A stretch of DNA of 57,628 nt, taken from assembly GCA_965372715.1 (NCBI GenBank), contig CBDVDH010000019.1:1-57628 (forward strand), given 5' to 3'. Numbering within the stretch: the first letter of the stretch is position 1; each line of letters begins with the position of its first letter. Below the pieces are notes generated by a model, which was not told where the DNA came from, did no database searches, and saw only the letters and a list, made by a program, of their open reading frames with translations. Below are positions 37,533 to 50,604 of this stretch, piece after piece. This stretch comes from an uncultured bacterium. Its GTDB lineage: Bacteria > B130-G9. The position numbers were made by a program, and so were the translations under genes.

Positions 37533-39131
37533 TCACGAGAGAAGCGCCGAAAGTCCCTTCTCCGGAGAAACGACCTTATGAACAAGCCAGTGTTCGTCAT
37601 CCCGCGAAGGGAAGTCTGCCCTAGAATGCGCACCTCTACTTTCGGTTCGTATCTTTGCAGCATACCGTATAGCTGCCGCAGTATAGAAGATGTTCCTTGT
37701 CTCCAGCGCGTGAGCATCGGCTGTCACCGTGTCCGCGAGCCAGCTGAGCTTCCTCAGCTCGTTAGCGGCGCTTTCGAGCCCCTCCGCGTCCCGAATTATG
37801 CCCACGTGTTCCCACATCACTCTCTGGATAGCTTTTCTGGCTGCGCCAATCTCACCGGCAGACAGTTCCGCAGACGAAGCAGGTCTCTTCGTGAAGCTCC
37901 GAAACAGAGAATCCGGGGCGTTAAAGGAGCGCGAGAGCTGTTCCCGGGCCGAATTGCCGGCACGCTTTCCGAAAACGACACCCTCAAGAAGAGAATTGGA
38001 CGCCAGCCGATTCGCGCCGTGGACGCCGGCACACGCGACCTCTCCGCAAGCGAATAGCCCCGACAAAGATGTTCTGCCGTCCGTGTCCGACCGGACCCCG
38101 CCCATCATATAGTGTGCAGCCGGATGGATAGGCAGCAGGTCCCGGTCGGCGCGTAGGCCATAGCTCAAACACGTCTCGTAGATCCGGGGGAAGCGCTTCT
38201 GGACAAAACCAGCCTTGAGATGCCTCAGGTCAAGAAAAACCTCGTCCCTCCCAGACGCGCGAATCTCGGTCATTATGGCGCGAGAAACAACATCGCGAGG
38301 CGCAAGCTCCGCCTCGGGATGAGCATTTAACATGAAGCGGTCGCCATGGGCGTTTCGTAGAACGGCTCCCTCTCCTCTCATTGCCTCGGAAAGCAGGAAG
38401 GTAGGCACGCCCTTCTTATGAAGCGTTGTCGGATGAAACTGGACGAACTCCATATCGACGATCTCAGCGCCCGCCCTGAACGCGATGGCAACTCCGTCGC
38501 CGGTCGAGACGTCGGGGTTGGTTGTGACGGCATAGACTTGCCCGGCTCCGCCAGTCGCAAGAACCGTCGCCTGGGCCTTTAAGCAGACTATGCTAGCAGG
38601 TTCGGAGCCCACGAGAATGAATGCGCCACAGCATACTCCGTCGTGGACCAAGAGGTCTATCGTGAACCCGTGGTCAACGAATACTATGCTTCTAAGCGCC
38701 CGCGCCTTTTCCAGTAGAGTTCGTTCGATCTCCGCACCGGTCGAATCCCCGCGAGAATGGATGACTCGTCTTCTGCTGTGCGCGCCCTCCAGGCTAAACC
38801 ACAGCTTCCCGTCCTCGGTATCAAACGACGCGCCCCATTTCATCAATTCTCCTATTCCCTCGGGGCCCTCCGTGACCAGTATCCTGACCGCTTCCCTGTT
38901 ACAAAGCGAGGCGCCTGCTCTCAGCGTGTCCTGTTCATGGAAGATTATCTCGTCGTCATCGCTCATCGCAACCGCCACGCCACCTTGGGCCCATTCCGTG
39001 CTTCCTTCAGAGACGGCGGATTTGGAGAGAACCGTAACCTCGCCCGCGTCGGCGAGCGCTATCGCAGCTGAAAGGCCCGCGACGCCGCTGCCAATCACAA
39101 GAAAATCAGTTCTCGAGCTTTCCCTGTTCAC
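37533..39131 (-). CDS. nadB: L-aspartate oxidase
   Basis: GSGVAGL; WAQGG; EGAHSRRR; QFHPT; HYMMGG; HGANRLASNSLLE; ESRGAH. Confidence 0.96.
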   Translation of the reverse strand: MNRESSRTDFLVIGSGVAGLSAAIALADAGEVTVLSKSAVSEGSTEWAQGGVAVAMSDDDEIIFHEQDTLRAGASLCNREAVRILVTEGPEGIGELMKWGASFDTEDGKLWFSLEGAHSRRRVIHSRGDSTGAEIERTLLEKARALRSIVFVDHGFTIDLLVHDGVCCGAFILVGSEPASIVCLKAQATVLATGGAGQVYAVTTNPDVSTGDGVAIAFRAGAEIVDMEFVQFHPTTLHKKGVPTFLLSEAMRGEGAVLRNAHGDRFMLNAHPEAELAPRDVVSRAIMTEIRASGRDEVFLDLRHLKAGFVQKRFPRIYETCLSYGLRADRDLLPIHPAAHYMMGGVRSDTDGRTSLSGLFACGEVACAGVHGANRLASNSLLEGVVFGKRAGNSAREQLSRSFNAPDSLFRSFTKRPASSAELSAGEIGAARKAIQRVMWEHVGIIRDAEGLESAANELRKLSWLADTVTADAHALETRNIFYTAAAIRYAAKIRTESRGAHSRADFPSRDDEHWLVHKVVSPEKGLSALLS

Positions 39132-39249
39132 GTATCCTTCGACCCTCGCGTGAAGTCACGAAAGCACGGCCCACGTCGCGTCCCCTTGATTGCACGGTAT
39201 CGTTCAACCATGCCAGACCGGAAAGTGGAGCCCGACGCCCTTGCCGGTC

Positions 39250-39615
39250 TCAGCCGGCGCCCTTTTCGTGGAGTATCTTGCGTATAGTGGTTTTCAGTTC
39301 GTTCAGATCGGAGGACTTGACGATATAGGCGTCGGCTGCCCACGTTCTGAAATCGTCCTGATAGCTGCTATAGGCCGTGTTTAGGATAACTGGTATGGAT
39401 TTGTCGCCGGTCATTACCTTTTGGAGCGTTTCAAGGCCATCAATGCCCTCCATTCGAATGTCAAGGACTATAATGTCCGGTCTTTGTGCCGAGATGCTCC
39501 GAACTGCGTCTTCGCCCGAAGCGGCGAGGGTTACCCCCCAGCCTTCGTTCGATAGTTCTTCTTCATATAGCATCCTGAGAGCAGCGTCATCGTCCACTAC
39601 AAGGACCGTAGCCAT
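39250..39615 (-). CDS. Single-domain response regulator
   Basis: VLVVDDD; LDIRM; TAY; YIVKS. Confidence 0.92.
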   Translation of the reverse strand: MATVLVVDDDAALRMLYEEELSNEGWGVTLAASGEDAVRSISAQRPDIIVLDIRMEGIDGLETLQKVMTGDKSIPVILNTAYSSYQDDFRTWAADAYIVKSSDLNELKTTIRKILHEKGAG

Positions 39616-39680
39616 GCTCGATCACCGCCTTTCGTCTTGGGGAAACACCAAAAACCTCACGTCGTCAACGAGGTCCAGAT

Positions 39681-41363
39681 CTAAAGATTCCCCTTGTCCT
39701 TTGTTTTCAGCGGAAGCGTTAGAGTAAATGTTGACCCCCGCCCCGCCTTGCTTTCTACCGAAATACTGCCAGACATAGCCTCAATGATTCTGTTGGCAAG
39801 CGGCAGACCGAGCCCTGTGCCGGCTGGCCTGGATGTGTAAAATGGATTGAAGATCATCTCCTTTTCGCTCTCTTGTATGCCAATACCCGTGTCAGAAATC
39901 GATAGCAAAAGATTCCCGTCCCGTCCGGCCGACGCAATCGTGACTGTTCCCCCCTCCGGCATCGATTGCATCGCATTCTGAAGCAGATTTATCAAGACCT
40001 CCTTCAGCTTGTGCCGATCTATAAGTATCTGTGGAAGGCCGTCGTCAAGAATCTTCGTGATCCTTATTGACTTCTTCTTGCACTCTGACGAGATAAGATT
40101 CAAGGCCTCCATGACGAGGAAATTGATGTCTTCAGGTTCGGACTGCAGCTTCTCATCTTTCGTCATTCGCAAAGCGTCGGTAAGAAGCTCCTCAAGTCGC
40201 GCTATCTCGCTGGCAATGACCTTGGCCTTCTTGTGAAGGTCGCTTCCCTTGGGAAGTTTCCGAGCCAAAATGTGGGCAAAGCCACCGATCAACGTCATTG
40301 GGTTCCTGATCTCGTGGGCAAGGTCGGCCGCCAGGCGACCCATCTCAGCCAACTGCTCCGACCGGGCTATCACTTGCCGCTGGGAGCGGAGTCGCTTGTG
40401 AGCCCTATCCAGTTCCGCCACCTGACGCTGAAGTCGATCATGCAATGAGGCGGCGTCGATTGCGATAGCGGCAAATGACGTGAAAGGGGCGAGCGGATCG
40501 AGGTCTTCGTCAAGAATCGGGGTTCGGGTCACGAAATTGTCAACGACTATCACACCGATTCTCCGTTGGTCCTTGACCAGCGGAAAGACCGCAAACGCCT
40601 CGGTCTCGATGCCTCCTGCAACATCCCAGGCCCTCTTGTCAGCGGAAACGTCCGGAATGTTGATGATCCTATTCTCCATCAGGGATTGGACTAGGACGTT
40701 GTCTTGATCGCCAAGACGGAACTTGAGCGAGCGTATCATCTTGCTGATCTTGGTCCGCCCACCAGGTTCGCCCCACGCTCTCATCAGTTCCTTAAGCGGC
40801 CTTTTTTCCTCCGACAGGCGACCCCAGATGCGGGTCGCCTCCTCCCGGTCGGACGGACCAACCGCAATCTCGCCGGCAAGGAATTTGTTCGCATCGTCAA
40901 CCAAGAAAAGAAAGGCTCTGTTGAAGCCAAAACCCTGCCCAGCGGTAAGTGCGGTCAGGATCATATACAGCACTTGCTCCGGCTTATAAGGCCCCAGAAG
41001 CGCCTCGCTGACATCTTGGACAGACCGTAATGTTGCTACCTTTTGCTCAAGAACCCTATTGGTCTCTTTGATCGAGATGTGATAAGAGTAAAGGTTGTTG
41101 ACCATCCGGTCGAACGTGGCGAGTATCGTTTTGTCCGAGATGCGGCGGCCGTCTGCTCTTTTTCTAACTTCGAGATAGACGGGGCATCGAGAACATATCA
41201 TTAAGAACCTGTCCTCGAATGGGCGGCCCCTGCCCTCGCAATGAGCGTTATCAACGAGCCAGCACGCCACGCCGGGCGTTTCATAGAGCGGGCACTCAGT
41301 CATTTTACACTGCTTCACTTCCCAGCACAGGGGAAGCGTAGGTCTATCGCGCTCGGCCGACAA
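39681..41363 (-). CDS. Cytoplasmic sensor histidine kinase with N-terminal Cys-rich (two-CW) and GAF domains
   Basis: CWEVKQC...CPLY...CWL...C..CPVY; H-box AHEIRNP; NLLQNA; DTGIG; GTGLGL; TTG start after AGGAG inferred. Confidence 0.9.
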   Translation of the reverse strand: MSAERDRPTLPLCWEVKQCKMTECPLYETPGVACWLVDNAHCEGRGRPFEDRFLMICSRCPVYLEVRKRADGRRISDKTILATFDRMVNNLYSYHISIKETNRVLEQKVATLRSVQDVSEALLGPYKPEQVLYMILTALTAGQGFGFNRAFLFLVDDANKFLAGEIAVGPSDREEATRIWGRLSEEKRPLKELMRAWGEPGGRTKISKMIRSLKFRLGDQDNVLVQSLMENRIINIPDVSADKRAWDVAGGIETEAFAVFPLVKDQRRIGVIVVDNFVTRTPILDEDLDPLAPFTSFAAIAIDAASLHDRLQRQVAELDRAHKRLRSQRQVIARSEQLAEMGRLAADLAHEIRNPMTLIGGFAHILARKLPKGSDLHKKAKVIASEIARLEELLTDALRMTKDEKLQSEPEDINFLVMEALNLISSECKKKSIRITKILDDGLPQILIDRHKLKEVLINLLQNAMQSMPEGGTVTIASAGRDGNLLLSISDTGIGIQESEKEMIFNPFYTSRPAGTGLGLPLANRIIEAMSGSISVESKAGRGSTFTLTLPLKTKDKGNL

Positions 41364-41790
41364 TCGCCCGTCTCCTACCTTTGCGCCACCACCACGTGTT
41401 CTCTCTGAGCGGGTCGTAGAGTAACCACTGACCATCCTTGTGGATCAGCGGGTATTGTGTGCCCGCAAAAGACGTGTCCCGCATCAATCTGTCCGAGGTC
41501 AGCATCATACCACGAAAGAAGCCGTGCTTCTCAAACGCCTCCTGTGCATAGGCCGAGCAGGATGGATACATACGGCACGAGCTGGCGCCAATGGGTGAGA
41601 TGATTCTCTGGTAGAACCTGATAAGCACGCGGCAAACCGGCGCTTTGCGGCGGGAGCAAAAGCCCGCCTCAACATCGGCCCGTGTGAAATCCTCGCTGGC
41701 TATGACAGCATCAGCAGCCAACAGGACGATGAGTAAAAAAGCTAAACCGAGTCTCTTGATACGGAGAGAGATTCTACTCCGGTTGAGCAT
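41344..41790 (-). CDS. yidD: Membrane protein insertion efficiency factor YidD-like
   Basis: IRFYQRIISP...CRMYPSCSAYAQEAFEKHG. Confidence 0.8.
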   Translation of the reverse strand: MLNRSRISLRIKRLGLAFLLIVLLAADAVIASEDFTRADVEAGFCSRRKAPVCRVLIRFYQRIISPIGASSCRMYPSCSAYAQEAFEKHGFFRGMMLTSDRLMRDTSFAGTQYPLIHKDGQWLLYDPLRENTWWWRKGRRRAIVGRAR

Positions 41791-41814
41791 TGAACTGCCC
41801 TCGGTAATGAAGAC

Positions 41815-42522
41815 CTATCGCCTGCCTGGAAACCCGCGTATAACAATCGTCCCGTCTTCACTCAAGGAACGATACAATCCGCCTCCGCCTGAGAATGTAG
41901 CAGTCCCGCTGACCGTCGTTCGCCGTCCACTGAACGTGAGATAGGCTTTCTTGACCATCCTAATGAATCGGACAGTCTCCCCGTACGGTGGGATGCCGCC
42001 ATATCGGTCCACCGCGCTGGAACCAGCGTTGTAGGCCGCAAGCACAAGGTCAACATCATCATCGTATCTTTCGAGCAGCATACTTAAGTGCCTCACGCCG
42101 GCGTCCGCGTTGGCGGCCGGATCGTAGTAGTCTCTGAGCCCATACATCCGCGCAGTGGCGGGCATGAGCTGCATCAACCCCCTTGCACCCTTGGGTGATA
42201 TGGCACAAGGGTTGAAGTTCGATTCGACCTTCACGAGGGCCATCACAAACGCAGGATCGAGACCATATTTCCTTGCGGTCTTCATGATAAGCCAGCTCAG
42301 CTCCGCATACTTCGGCCGGCGACCGTTGACCTCGGAGCACTCCGATAGCTGATAGGCTGTGGAATACGCTTTCGCGGCAGTCCGCGCCGCCAGTTCACTT
42401 CTTCGAACGATCCGGATGACCCCGTCATCGCCAGCAATTGCGGCCAGCTCCGCAGCCGAGTCCGTCGCCAACACCCCCACGACAATCAACGCCAAGACTA
42501 TCACTCGCGAAAACCCTCGCAT
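41815..42522 (-). CDS. Lytic transglycosylase (SLT domain)
   Basis: VESNFNP; GARGLMQLMP; LAAYNAG; PPYGET. Confidence 0.92.
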   Translation of the reverse strand: MRGFSRVIVLALIVVGVLATDSAAELAAIAGDDGVIRIVRRSELAARTAAKAYSTAYQLSECSEVNGRRPKYAELSWLIMKTARKYGLDPAFVMALVKVESNFNPCAISPKGARGLMQLMPATARMYGLRDYYDPAANADAGVRHLSMLLERYDDDVDLVLAAYNAGSSAVDRYGGIPPYGETVRFIRMVKKAYLTFSGRRTTVSGTATFSGGGGLYRSLSEDGTIVIRGFPGRR

Positions 42523-42542
42523 CCCCCCCTTAGATAACAACA

Positions 42543-45198
<2,656 letters not shown>

Positions 45199-45215
<17 letters not shown>

Positions 45216-45714
45216 ATTCTGCATCCGAATCGCGCGACAGGCGGTCTCTGACGACTTGCAGGATCAATCCCTCCGAAAAGCCCCTGTTCCTGAGAAATCT
45301 GGCCAGCTTCGCGGGCCTGGCCTTGGGCTCATCAGCTTGTAGCTTCGCCAGTTTAGAAGAGGCAGCCCGAAACGCCAAATCGCTTTCGCTGACCTGATCG
45401 AAAACCTTATCCAGAGCTTCCTCGATAACCTGCTTGTCTATGCCTCTTTGAAGGAGCTTGTGAAAGAACCAACGGCGGCCATAAGCCTTTCGCTCGATGA
45501 GGGTTTGAATATAAAGCTCCGAGAGCTTCTCGTCATCTAGGTATCTCCTAGCCTCCAGTTCTTGAATGACGACCTCAACTGTCCCACTCTCCACGCCGCG
45601 TGATCTGAGCTTCCGTCTGAGCTCAGCAACCGAAAGGGAGCGCGCAGCCAAGAGCTTGAGCGCGAGCTGCCAGGCCTCGCTACGGGTCTTCTGCGCTTTC
45701 GTGCTCGCTGCCAA
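45199..45714 (-). CDS. recX: Regulatory protein RecX
   Basis: ALKLLAARSLSVAELRRKL; YLDD; LRNRGF; lies upstream of alaS. Confidence 0.9.
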
Positions 45715-45772
45715 TTGAGTTACACCTTCAGGGCAAAACCGTCGAGGCTTTTCGGTCTTTGGAATTCGGCCT

Positions 45773-46948
45773 CTACTCCTCCGAGCCCGTGTTAGAGAAA
45801 TCGAACGACGCCTCCTCCTCTTGGAAGCCGACGCCGACCTCCTCGGCTTCTTCGGTCCTGGCCATGTCGCTGGTGGTGCTGATTCCCTTAATCTTGAGCA
45901 TGAAGTCGTCAGGATTGGAGCAATACCGCATGGCGCTGTCGAGCGTGATCAGCTTTTGGTGGAACAGCCCTATCAAACACTGGTCAAACGTCTGCATACC
46001 GTATTGGACCACACCGTCGGCGATCGCCTCCTTGATCTCAATTGTCCTCTCCTTGTCGATGATCTTGTCGCGGATGAGGGCTGTCGTGACGAGAACCTCA
46101 ACGGCCGGGATACGGCCCTTGCCGTCCGCCCGCGGCATAAGACGCTGCGAGATGATGCCCTTGATGATCGAGGCGAGCTCCAACCTGATCTGCTGCTGCT
46201 GATGCGGAGGGAAGAACGCCACAATGCGGTTGACCGACTCGACCGCGTCCAACGTGTGAAGCGTGGTCAGAACAAGGTGGCCTGTTTCAGCGGCCGCCAG
46301 CGCAAGCTCGACCGTGTCGAAGTCACGCATCTCGCCGACGAGTATTATGTCGGGGTCCTGCCTCAATGTAACCTTGAGCGCGCCGGCAAACGATTCGGTA
46401 TCCGAGCCAACCTCTCGCTGGTTGATGATGCAGCGCTTGTCCCTATGAAGGAACTCAATCGGGTCCTCAATAGTTACGATGTGCTCGACCCGATGAACGT
46501 TCATGTAGTCTATCATCGCTGCGAGCGTCGTCGATTTCCCGCTACCGGTCGTGCCCGTCAGGATGACCATACCCCTGTTTTCCATCGAGAGCTTCTCCAT
46601 GACCGGTGGCAGGTAAAGCTCCTTAAACCCTAGTATCTTGGAGGGCACAACCCTTAACACGATGGTGACAGTGCCCCTCTGTTGAAAGCAGCTAACGCGG
46701 AACCGACCAAGACCCGGTATCGCGTGGGCGAGGTCGATCTGCTTGTGCTTGCGAAATTTCTCTCTCTGCCCAGGCGACATCATGCTGAACGCAAGGTGCA
46801 GCGTATCGTCCGGCGTAAGCCTCTTCTGGTCAATCATTGTGGTAAGATGACCATCGATCCTGATGACCGGCTGAGCGCCGATCTTCAAATGAAGGTCCGA
46901 TGCTCCCCTGGCAACCGCCAATTCGAGCAGATCATTGATGCTAACCAT
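45773..46948 (-). CDS. pilT: Type IV pilus retraction ATPase PilT/PilU
   Basis: ASDLHL; GTTGSGKSTT; TIEDPIE; LRQDPD; GEMRD; AETGH; GMQTFDQ. Confidence 0.93.
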   Translation of the reverse strand: MVSINDLLELAVARGASDLHLKIGAQPVIRIDGHLTTMIDQKRLTPDDTLHLAFSMMSPGQREKFRKHKQIDLAHAIPGLGRFRVSCFQQRGTVTIVLRVVPSKILGFKELYLPPVMEKLSMENRGMVILTGTTGSGKSTTLAAMIDYMNVHRVEHIVTIEDPIEFLHRDKRCIINQREVGSDTESFAGALKVTLRQDPDIILVGEMRDFDTVELALAAAETGHLVLTTLHTLDAVESVNRIVAFFPPHQQQQIRLELASIIKGIISQRLMPRADGKGRIPAVEVLVTTALIRDKIIDKERTIEIKEAIADGVVQYGMQTFDQCLIGLFHQKLITLDSAMRYCSNPDDFMLKIKGISTTSDMARTEEAEEVGVGFQEEEASFDFSNTGSEE

Positions 46949-47058
46949 TTTCCTTCGTCTCCTATCGCCAGTTCTAGAGAATGCTTGTGAGGGAGATCGT
47001 GCCTCAAAAAACGTGCGACTCTTCTCCACATTATCGACCTAGAATAGATACCACAGCG

Positions 47059-48906
47059 CTACGAGTCAACAACCAAAAACCGATCAGGGGGCTTGTCGCT
47101 GCTCAGCGGATCACGAGCCCGCCTTGCAGCGACCCCGGAAAGTACAAAGGCTGCCGCCGCAAAACCCGCTATCCAGACGTAAGTGGCCGCGTTTACTCTT
47201 ATGAACGACGGGACGTGCTCCGGGCACGGCCTGGCCCCTCCAAGTAACCGCTCCAGCGCCCTGTTTCCCGCACCGGGCGTCATATATCGATCGATCGGGA
47301 AGATGATCATCACCATTGAAAGCAGCGCTGTATATGCGAACGTCAATATCAGGAATGAGCGACCCAGAAACCCCTTGCAGAACTTCAGCCCAAATGAGAG
47401 GTTCAAGAGCAGAAACGGCAAGAGACAGACGAGATACCGACACGGAGGGCAGCCTCCTCCAAACCACCAGCCGAGCGTCGAAAGCGCCAGCAGATACGCG
47501 ATGGCGCCGCATACGGTAATTCCAACCAAGAGGCGCCCCTGCTTGAGTAAAACGACAAAGCCCCACAACGCGAACAAGAATACGGGGGAGTAAACCAGAA
47601 GGCCATATTGGTAATCGAGAAACAGCGCAAACAGCTTATACCAGCACCTTGACCACTCGAGATGAAGGATGTCCTCGAGATTCATCGCACCAAAGAACCG
47701 AGAGGCAACCTTCCTGTAGAACAACAGGGCAAGCGCCAACGAGGCGCCGGCTGCCAAAAGGATTGAAGTAACGAGGCGCTGATGTGCGCATCTTAGCTCT
47801 TCGCGCGCACAGTTTTTTCTCGTGCTCAGAAGGTCCACCAACCAGAGGCCCAGAATCGGCAGCCCAATTAGGGCGTATCTGGCCTTGAGCCACGGAAGAA
47901 TGACGGCAGCAATCGCTCCTGCCGCCCACAATCGGCCCTTTGGATTCCGTAGCAGTGCGGTCAATAGGACCATAATCAAAAGGCAGGCGAGCGATTCAGG
48001 ATAGACCTGCGTGGAATATGTCAGCCCCGGCGTCGCGATCAGCGCCACAACCCAGGTCCAGAAAGCAGCTCTTGAAGAGCCGGTCTCTCGCTCACAAACC
48101 GAGAACACAAGAGTGCAGAAAATCGCATACGCAACGCAGCAAAATGCCATCGCGCCGACGCGCCCAAATGAGGCATAGAACGGGGCTAAGAGTAGCGGGA
48201 ACAATGCCCCGTGCCTCGAGATATATCCTCCTGTCTCGTTCACGTCCCGCTGAGGCAGAAGCGTTGCTGGATAGTAAGCAGCATACTGCCGGGCCTCAAG
48301 GTTGTTATTGAGGTCGAGATCGCCGTCATAAATGATGCTTTGAGCGATTAGAAGGTAGAAAGGCTCGTCCGGCTGGGCGCACATCTTTGTGGCCGCGTGA
48401 AGCCCCAACAAGAGGCAGAACAGAAAGCCGATCAGGAATACGCCCGTGAGAAGTCTCCTTCTGTGGGGGCTGCTCTTCGACACGCCGGACATGTATCGCA
48501 CCTCGAGAGTCGCCGGCCCTGTGTCTATTTTTCTGTAAATCGCGGCGAATAGGACGGCGAACTTAGCAACGATTAGAGCGGCGAAGAGAATGCTGAGTTC
48601 AACCGAGAAGACCTCCCAGCTGTTCATCGCAAAGATGGGTCGCACCACGAGCAACAGGCCGGCGTAGCTGCCTGTGTCGAACCATGCCGCCCATCCCCTA
48701 GGGGCCAGCAGCCGTAGCCTGGTTGCGACCGAATTGAGAGCAGTAATAAGCAGGAAGCTGAGCGGGAACAGGGCCCTCGTCAACATCGCATCGCTCGGCC
48801 CGGGAAGCCACACAAGCTCAACCGGCGCTAGCAGCCAGACCAGCGAGATAGACCCCATCAAATACGCGATCGCCCGCAGGCAAAACGCTAATCGAATCGT
48901 TCGCAT
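47059..48906 (-). CDS. Polytopic membrane protein, GT-C glycosyltransferase-like
   Basis: Many TM helices; DEPFYLLIAQSIIYDGDLDL; YSTQVYPE; GLLVYSP; GGGCPPCRYL. Confidence 0.7.
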   Translation of the reverse strand: MRTIRLAFCLRAIAYLMGSISLVWLLAPVELVWLPGPSDAMLTRALFPLSFLLITALNSVATRLRLLAPRGWAAWFDTGSYAGLLLVVRPIFAMNSWEVFSVELSILFAALIVAKFAVLFAAIYRKIDTGPATLEVRYMSGVSKSSPHRRRLLTGVFLIGFLFCLLLGLHAATKMCAQPDEPFYLLIAQSIIYDGDLDLNNNLEARQYAAYYPATLLPQRDVNETGGYISRHGALFPLLLAPFYASFGRVGAMAFCCVAYAIFCTLVFSVCERETGSSRAAFWTWVVALIATPGLTYSTQVYPESLACLLIMVLLTALLRNPKGRLWAAGAIAAVILPWLKARYALIGLPILGLWLVDLLSTRKNCAREELRCAHQRLVTSILLAAGASLALALLFYRKVASRFFGAMNLEDILHLEWSRCWYKLFALFLDYQYGLLVYSPVFLFALWGFVVLLKQGRLLVGITVCGAIAYLLALSTLGWWFGGGCPPCRYLVCLLPFLLLNLSFGLKFCKGFLGRSFLILTFAYTALLSMVMIIFPIDRYMTPGAGNRALERLLGGARPCPEHVPSFIRVNAATYVWIAGFAAAAFVLSGVAARRARDPLSSDKPPDRFLVVDS

Positions 48907-48953
48907 TACGTCAGCCTATCATAATATACGATGTGTGAAAGCAGGATCGGCGC

Positions 48954-49670
48954 TCATTCTCCTCGGCTGTGTGTCCGCGTTCGCCTTCTGCCAAGTAGGT
49001 AGCGCGCGATGACGCGCGCGATAGCGATCGTGTCGCCCAGCTGCTTGAAATGACTGCCGCCAGCCTTGTAGATAAGCGGCACCTCGACCTGCTCTATACG
49101 TCCCCCCTGACGACACGTCTCAAGCAGGACCTCCGTCTCCGTGTCAAATGAATGTGTCGTCAGCTTCTCGAGCAGAAGCGTCCGCAACTTATAAAGCCGA
49201 AAGCCGCACTGACTGTCGAGGACCTTGCTCCTGCACGCGACCGAGACCCAGAAGCTCGACAGTCGATTCCCAAGGAGCCTAAGGAGCGGCATTTTCCCGA
49301 GCCGAAACGACCTGTAACCAAGCACGAGTTCGCAGGCAGTCTCCTGATACTTGGCGACGAACTCCGGTATCCACCCAGGCGGATGCTGCCCGTCCGCGTC
49401 GAGCGTTACTGCAACGTCATAGCCGTTATCCTTGAGGTAGGTGAGGCCCGTGATGAGAGCCGCGCCCTTGCCGCGATTGGCCTCGTGCCGAAGCACAACG
49501 TCAGCGAGCTCGTCAGCGATTGCCCCAGTGCCGTCGGTTGAACCGTCGTCAACAACGACAACCCTGTCCGGCGAAACCGGCCTCGTCCCTGTTACAACGG
49601 CCCCTATCGTCTCGGCAGCGTTGTAAGCCGCGATAAGGACGGCGTATCGGTCGATCGGTCTCTTCCCCAT
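48954..49670 (-). CDS. Glycosyltransferase family 2 (polyprenol-phosphate sugar synthase-like)
   Basis: IAAYN; VVDDGSTDGT; NRGKGAA; TLDADGQH; DSQCGFR. Confidence 0.92.
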   Translation of the reverse strand: MGKRPIDRYAVLIAAYNAAETIGAVVTGTRPVSPDRVVVVDDGSTDGTGAIADELADVVLRHEANRGKGAALITGLTYLKDNGYDVAVTLDADGQHPPGWIPEFVAKYQETACELVLGYRSFRLGKMPLLRLLGNRLSSFWVSVACRSKVLDSQCGFRLYKLRTLLLEKLTTHSFDTETEVLLETCRQGGRIEQVEVPLIYKAGGSHFKQLGDTIAIARVIARYLLGRRRTRTHSRGE

Positions 49671-49689
49671 AGGCGCTCCCCGATGATTG

Positions 49690-50592
49690 CTACACAAGAT
49701 AAGAAATCGCCATCCCCATCTGGGCAAACAACAGAATCAGATACATGTGCTTCCAGGAGGGATGATTGCGCTCCGTGGCGAGCTGCTCTGGGTCTCTAAC
49801 CAAGAGATATCCCGCATAAGCGCCCCAGGCTACCAATGCGACAGAGACCGCAATCAGCGCCCAAGAGTTCCCAGAAAGGAGCCCGGTGGCCGCGCCCACA
49901 GGAATGAGCAAGAACGGCAAAACCAGGGACGACGCGACCACCCAGGCGGCTCTCCTGACGCCAATCACTATCGGCAGCGTCATGCAGCCGAACGCCCTAT
50001 CGCCATCCATGTCCGCGAAATCCTTCGTCGAGGCGGCGCCCAGCACGAATAGTCCGAATATCAGGCCAATGAACCACGGCTCGGCCGCATCGATCTCCGC
50101 GACCGAAGCCCAGCCAGCCACGATCAAAAGCAGCCCTCGCGGCACGGCAATCGTCAGATTCGCAAGCCAAAAAACACGCTTGGTCCTCAGCGGAGGCGCC
50201 GAATATGCGAACGTTGCGAAGGCTGTGAATAGCACAATAATCAGAAACGTCGGGTTCACAAGCGCAGCGAGTGCGAAAGACGTCACATAAAGGATGACAA
50301 CGGCGGCGCCGGCCTGACGCGTCGTCAGTCTTGCGGACGGAAGGGGGCGTGCCGGCTTGTTGACCCGGTCAATTTCGAGATCAAAAATCTGATTCAGCCC
50401 ATTTGACGCAGCATTTAGGAGCATCGCTGCAAGCGCCCCGAGATACGCTGAACTTGGCGGAAACGAATGTCTGGCCATCACGGCGGCTGACAAAAATCCC
50501 ACGAATGGCGCAAGCAGAGTAAACGGCCTGCAAAACTCAAGCAGCGACTTGCTGACTTCGCCATAGTAGCCTTGGCTACGTCGGCTGAACAT
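49690..50592 (-). CDS. UbiA-family prenyltransferase
   Basis: NQIFDLEIDRVNKPARPLPS; YSAPP; KDFADMDGD. Confidence 0.9.
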   Translation of the reverse strand: MFSRRSQGYYGEVSKSLLEFCRPFTLLAPFVGFLSAAVMARHSFPPSSAYLGALAAMLLNAASNGLNQIFDLEIDRVNKPARPLPSARLTTRQAGAAVVILYVTSFALAALVNPTFLIIVLFTAFATFAYSAPPLRTKRVFWLANLTIAVPRGLLLIVAGWASVAEIDAAEPWFIGLIFGLFVLGAASTKDFADMDGDRAFGCMTLPIVIGVRRAAWVVASSLVLPFLLIPVGAATGLLSGNSWALIAVSVALVAWGAYAGYLLVRDPEQLATERNHPSWKHMYLILLFAQMGMAISYLV

Positions 50593-50604
50593 AGCTTCTG
50601 CCGC

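Noticed and set aside
45728-45762. GGGCAAAACC resembling the start of a c-di-GMP-I riboswitch
   Set aside because: The rest of the motif is absent and it lies antisense to the surrounding genes.
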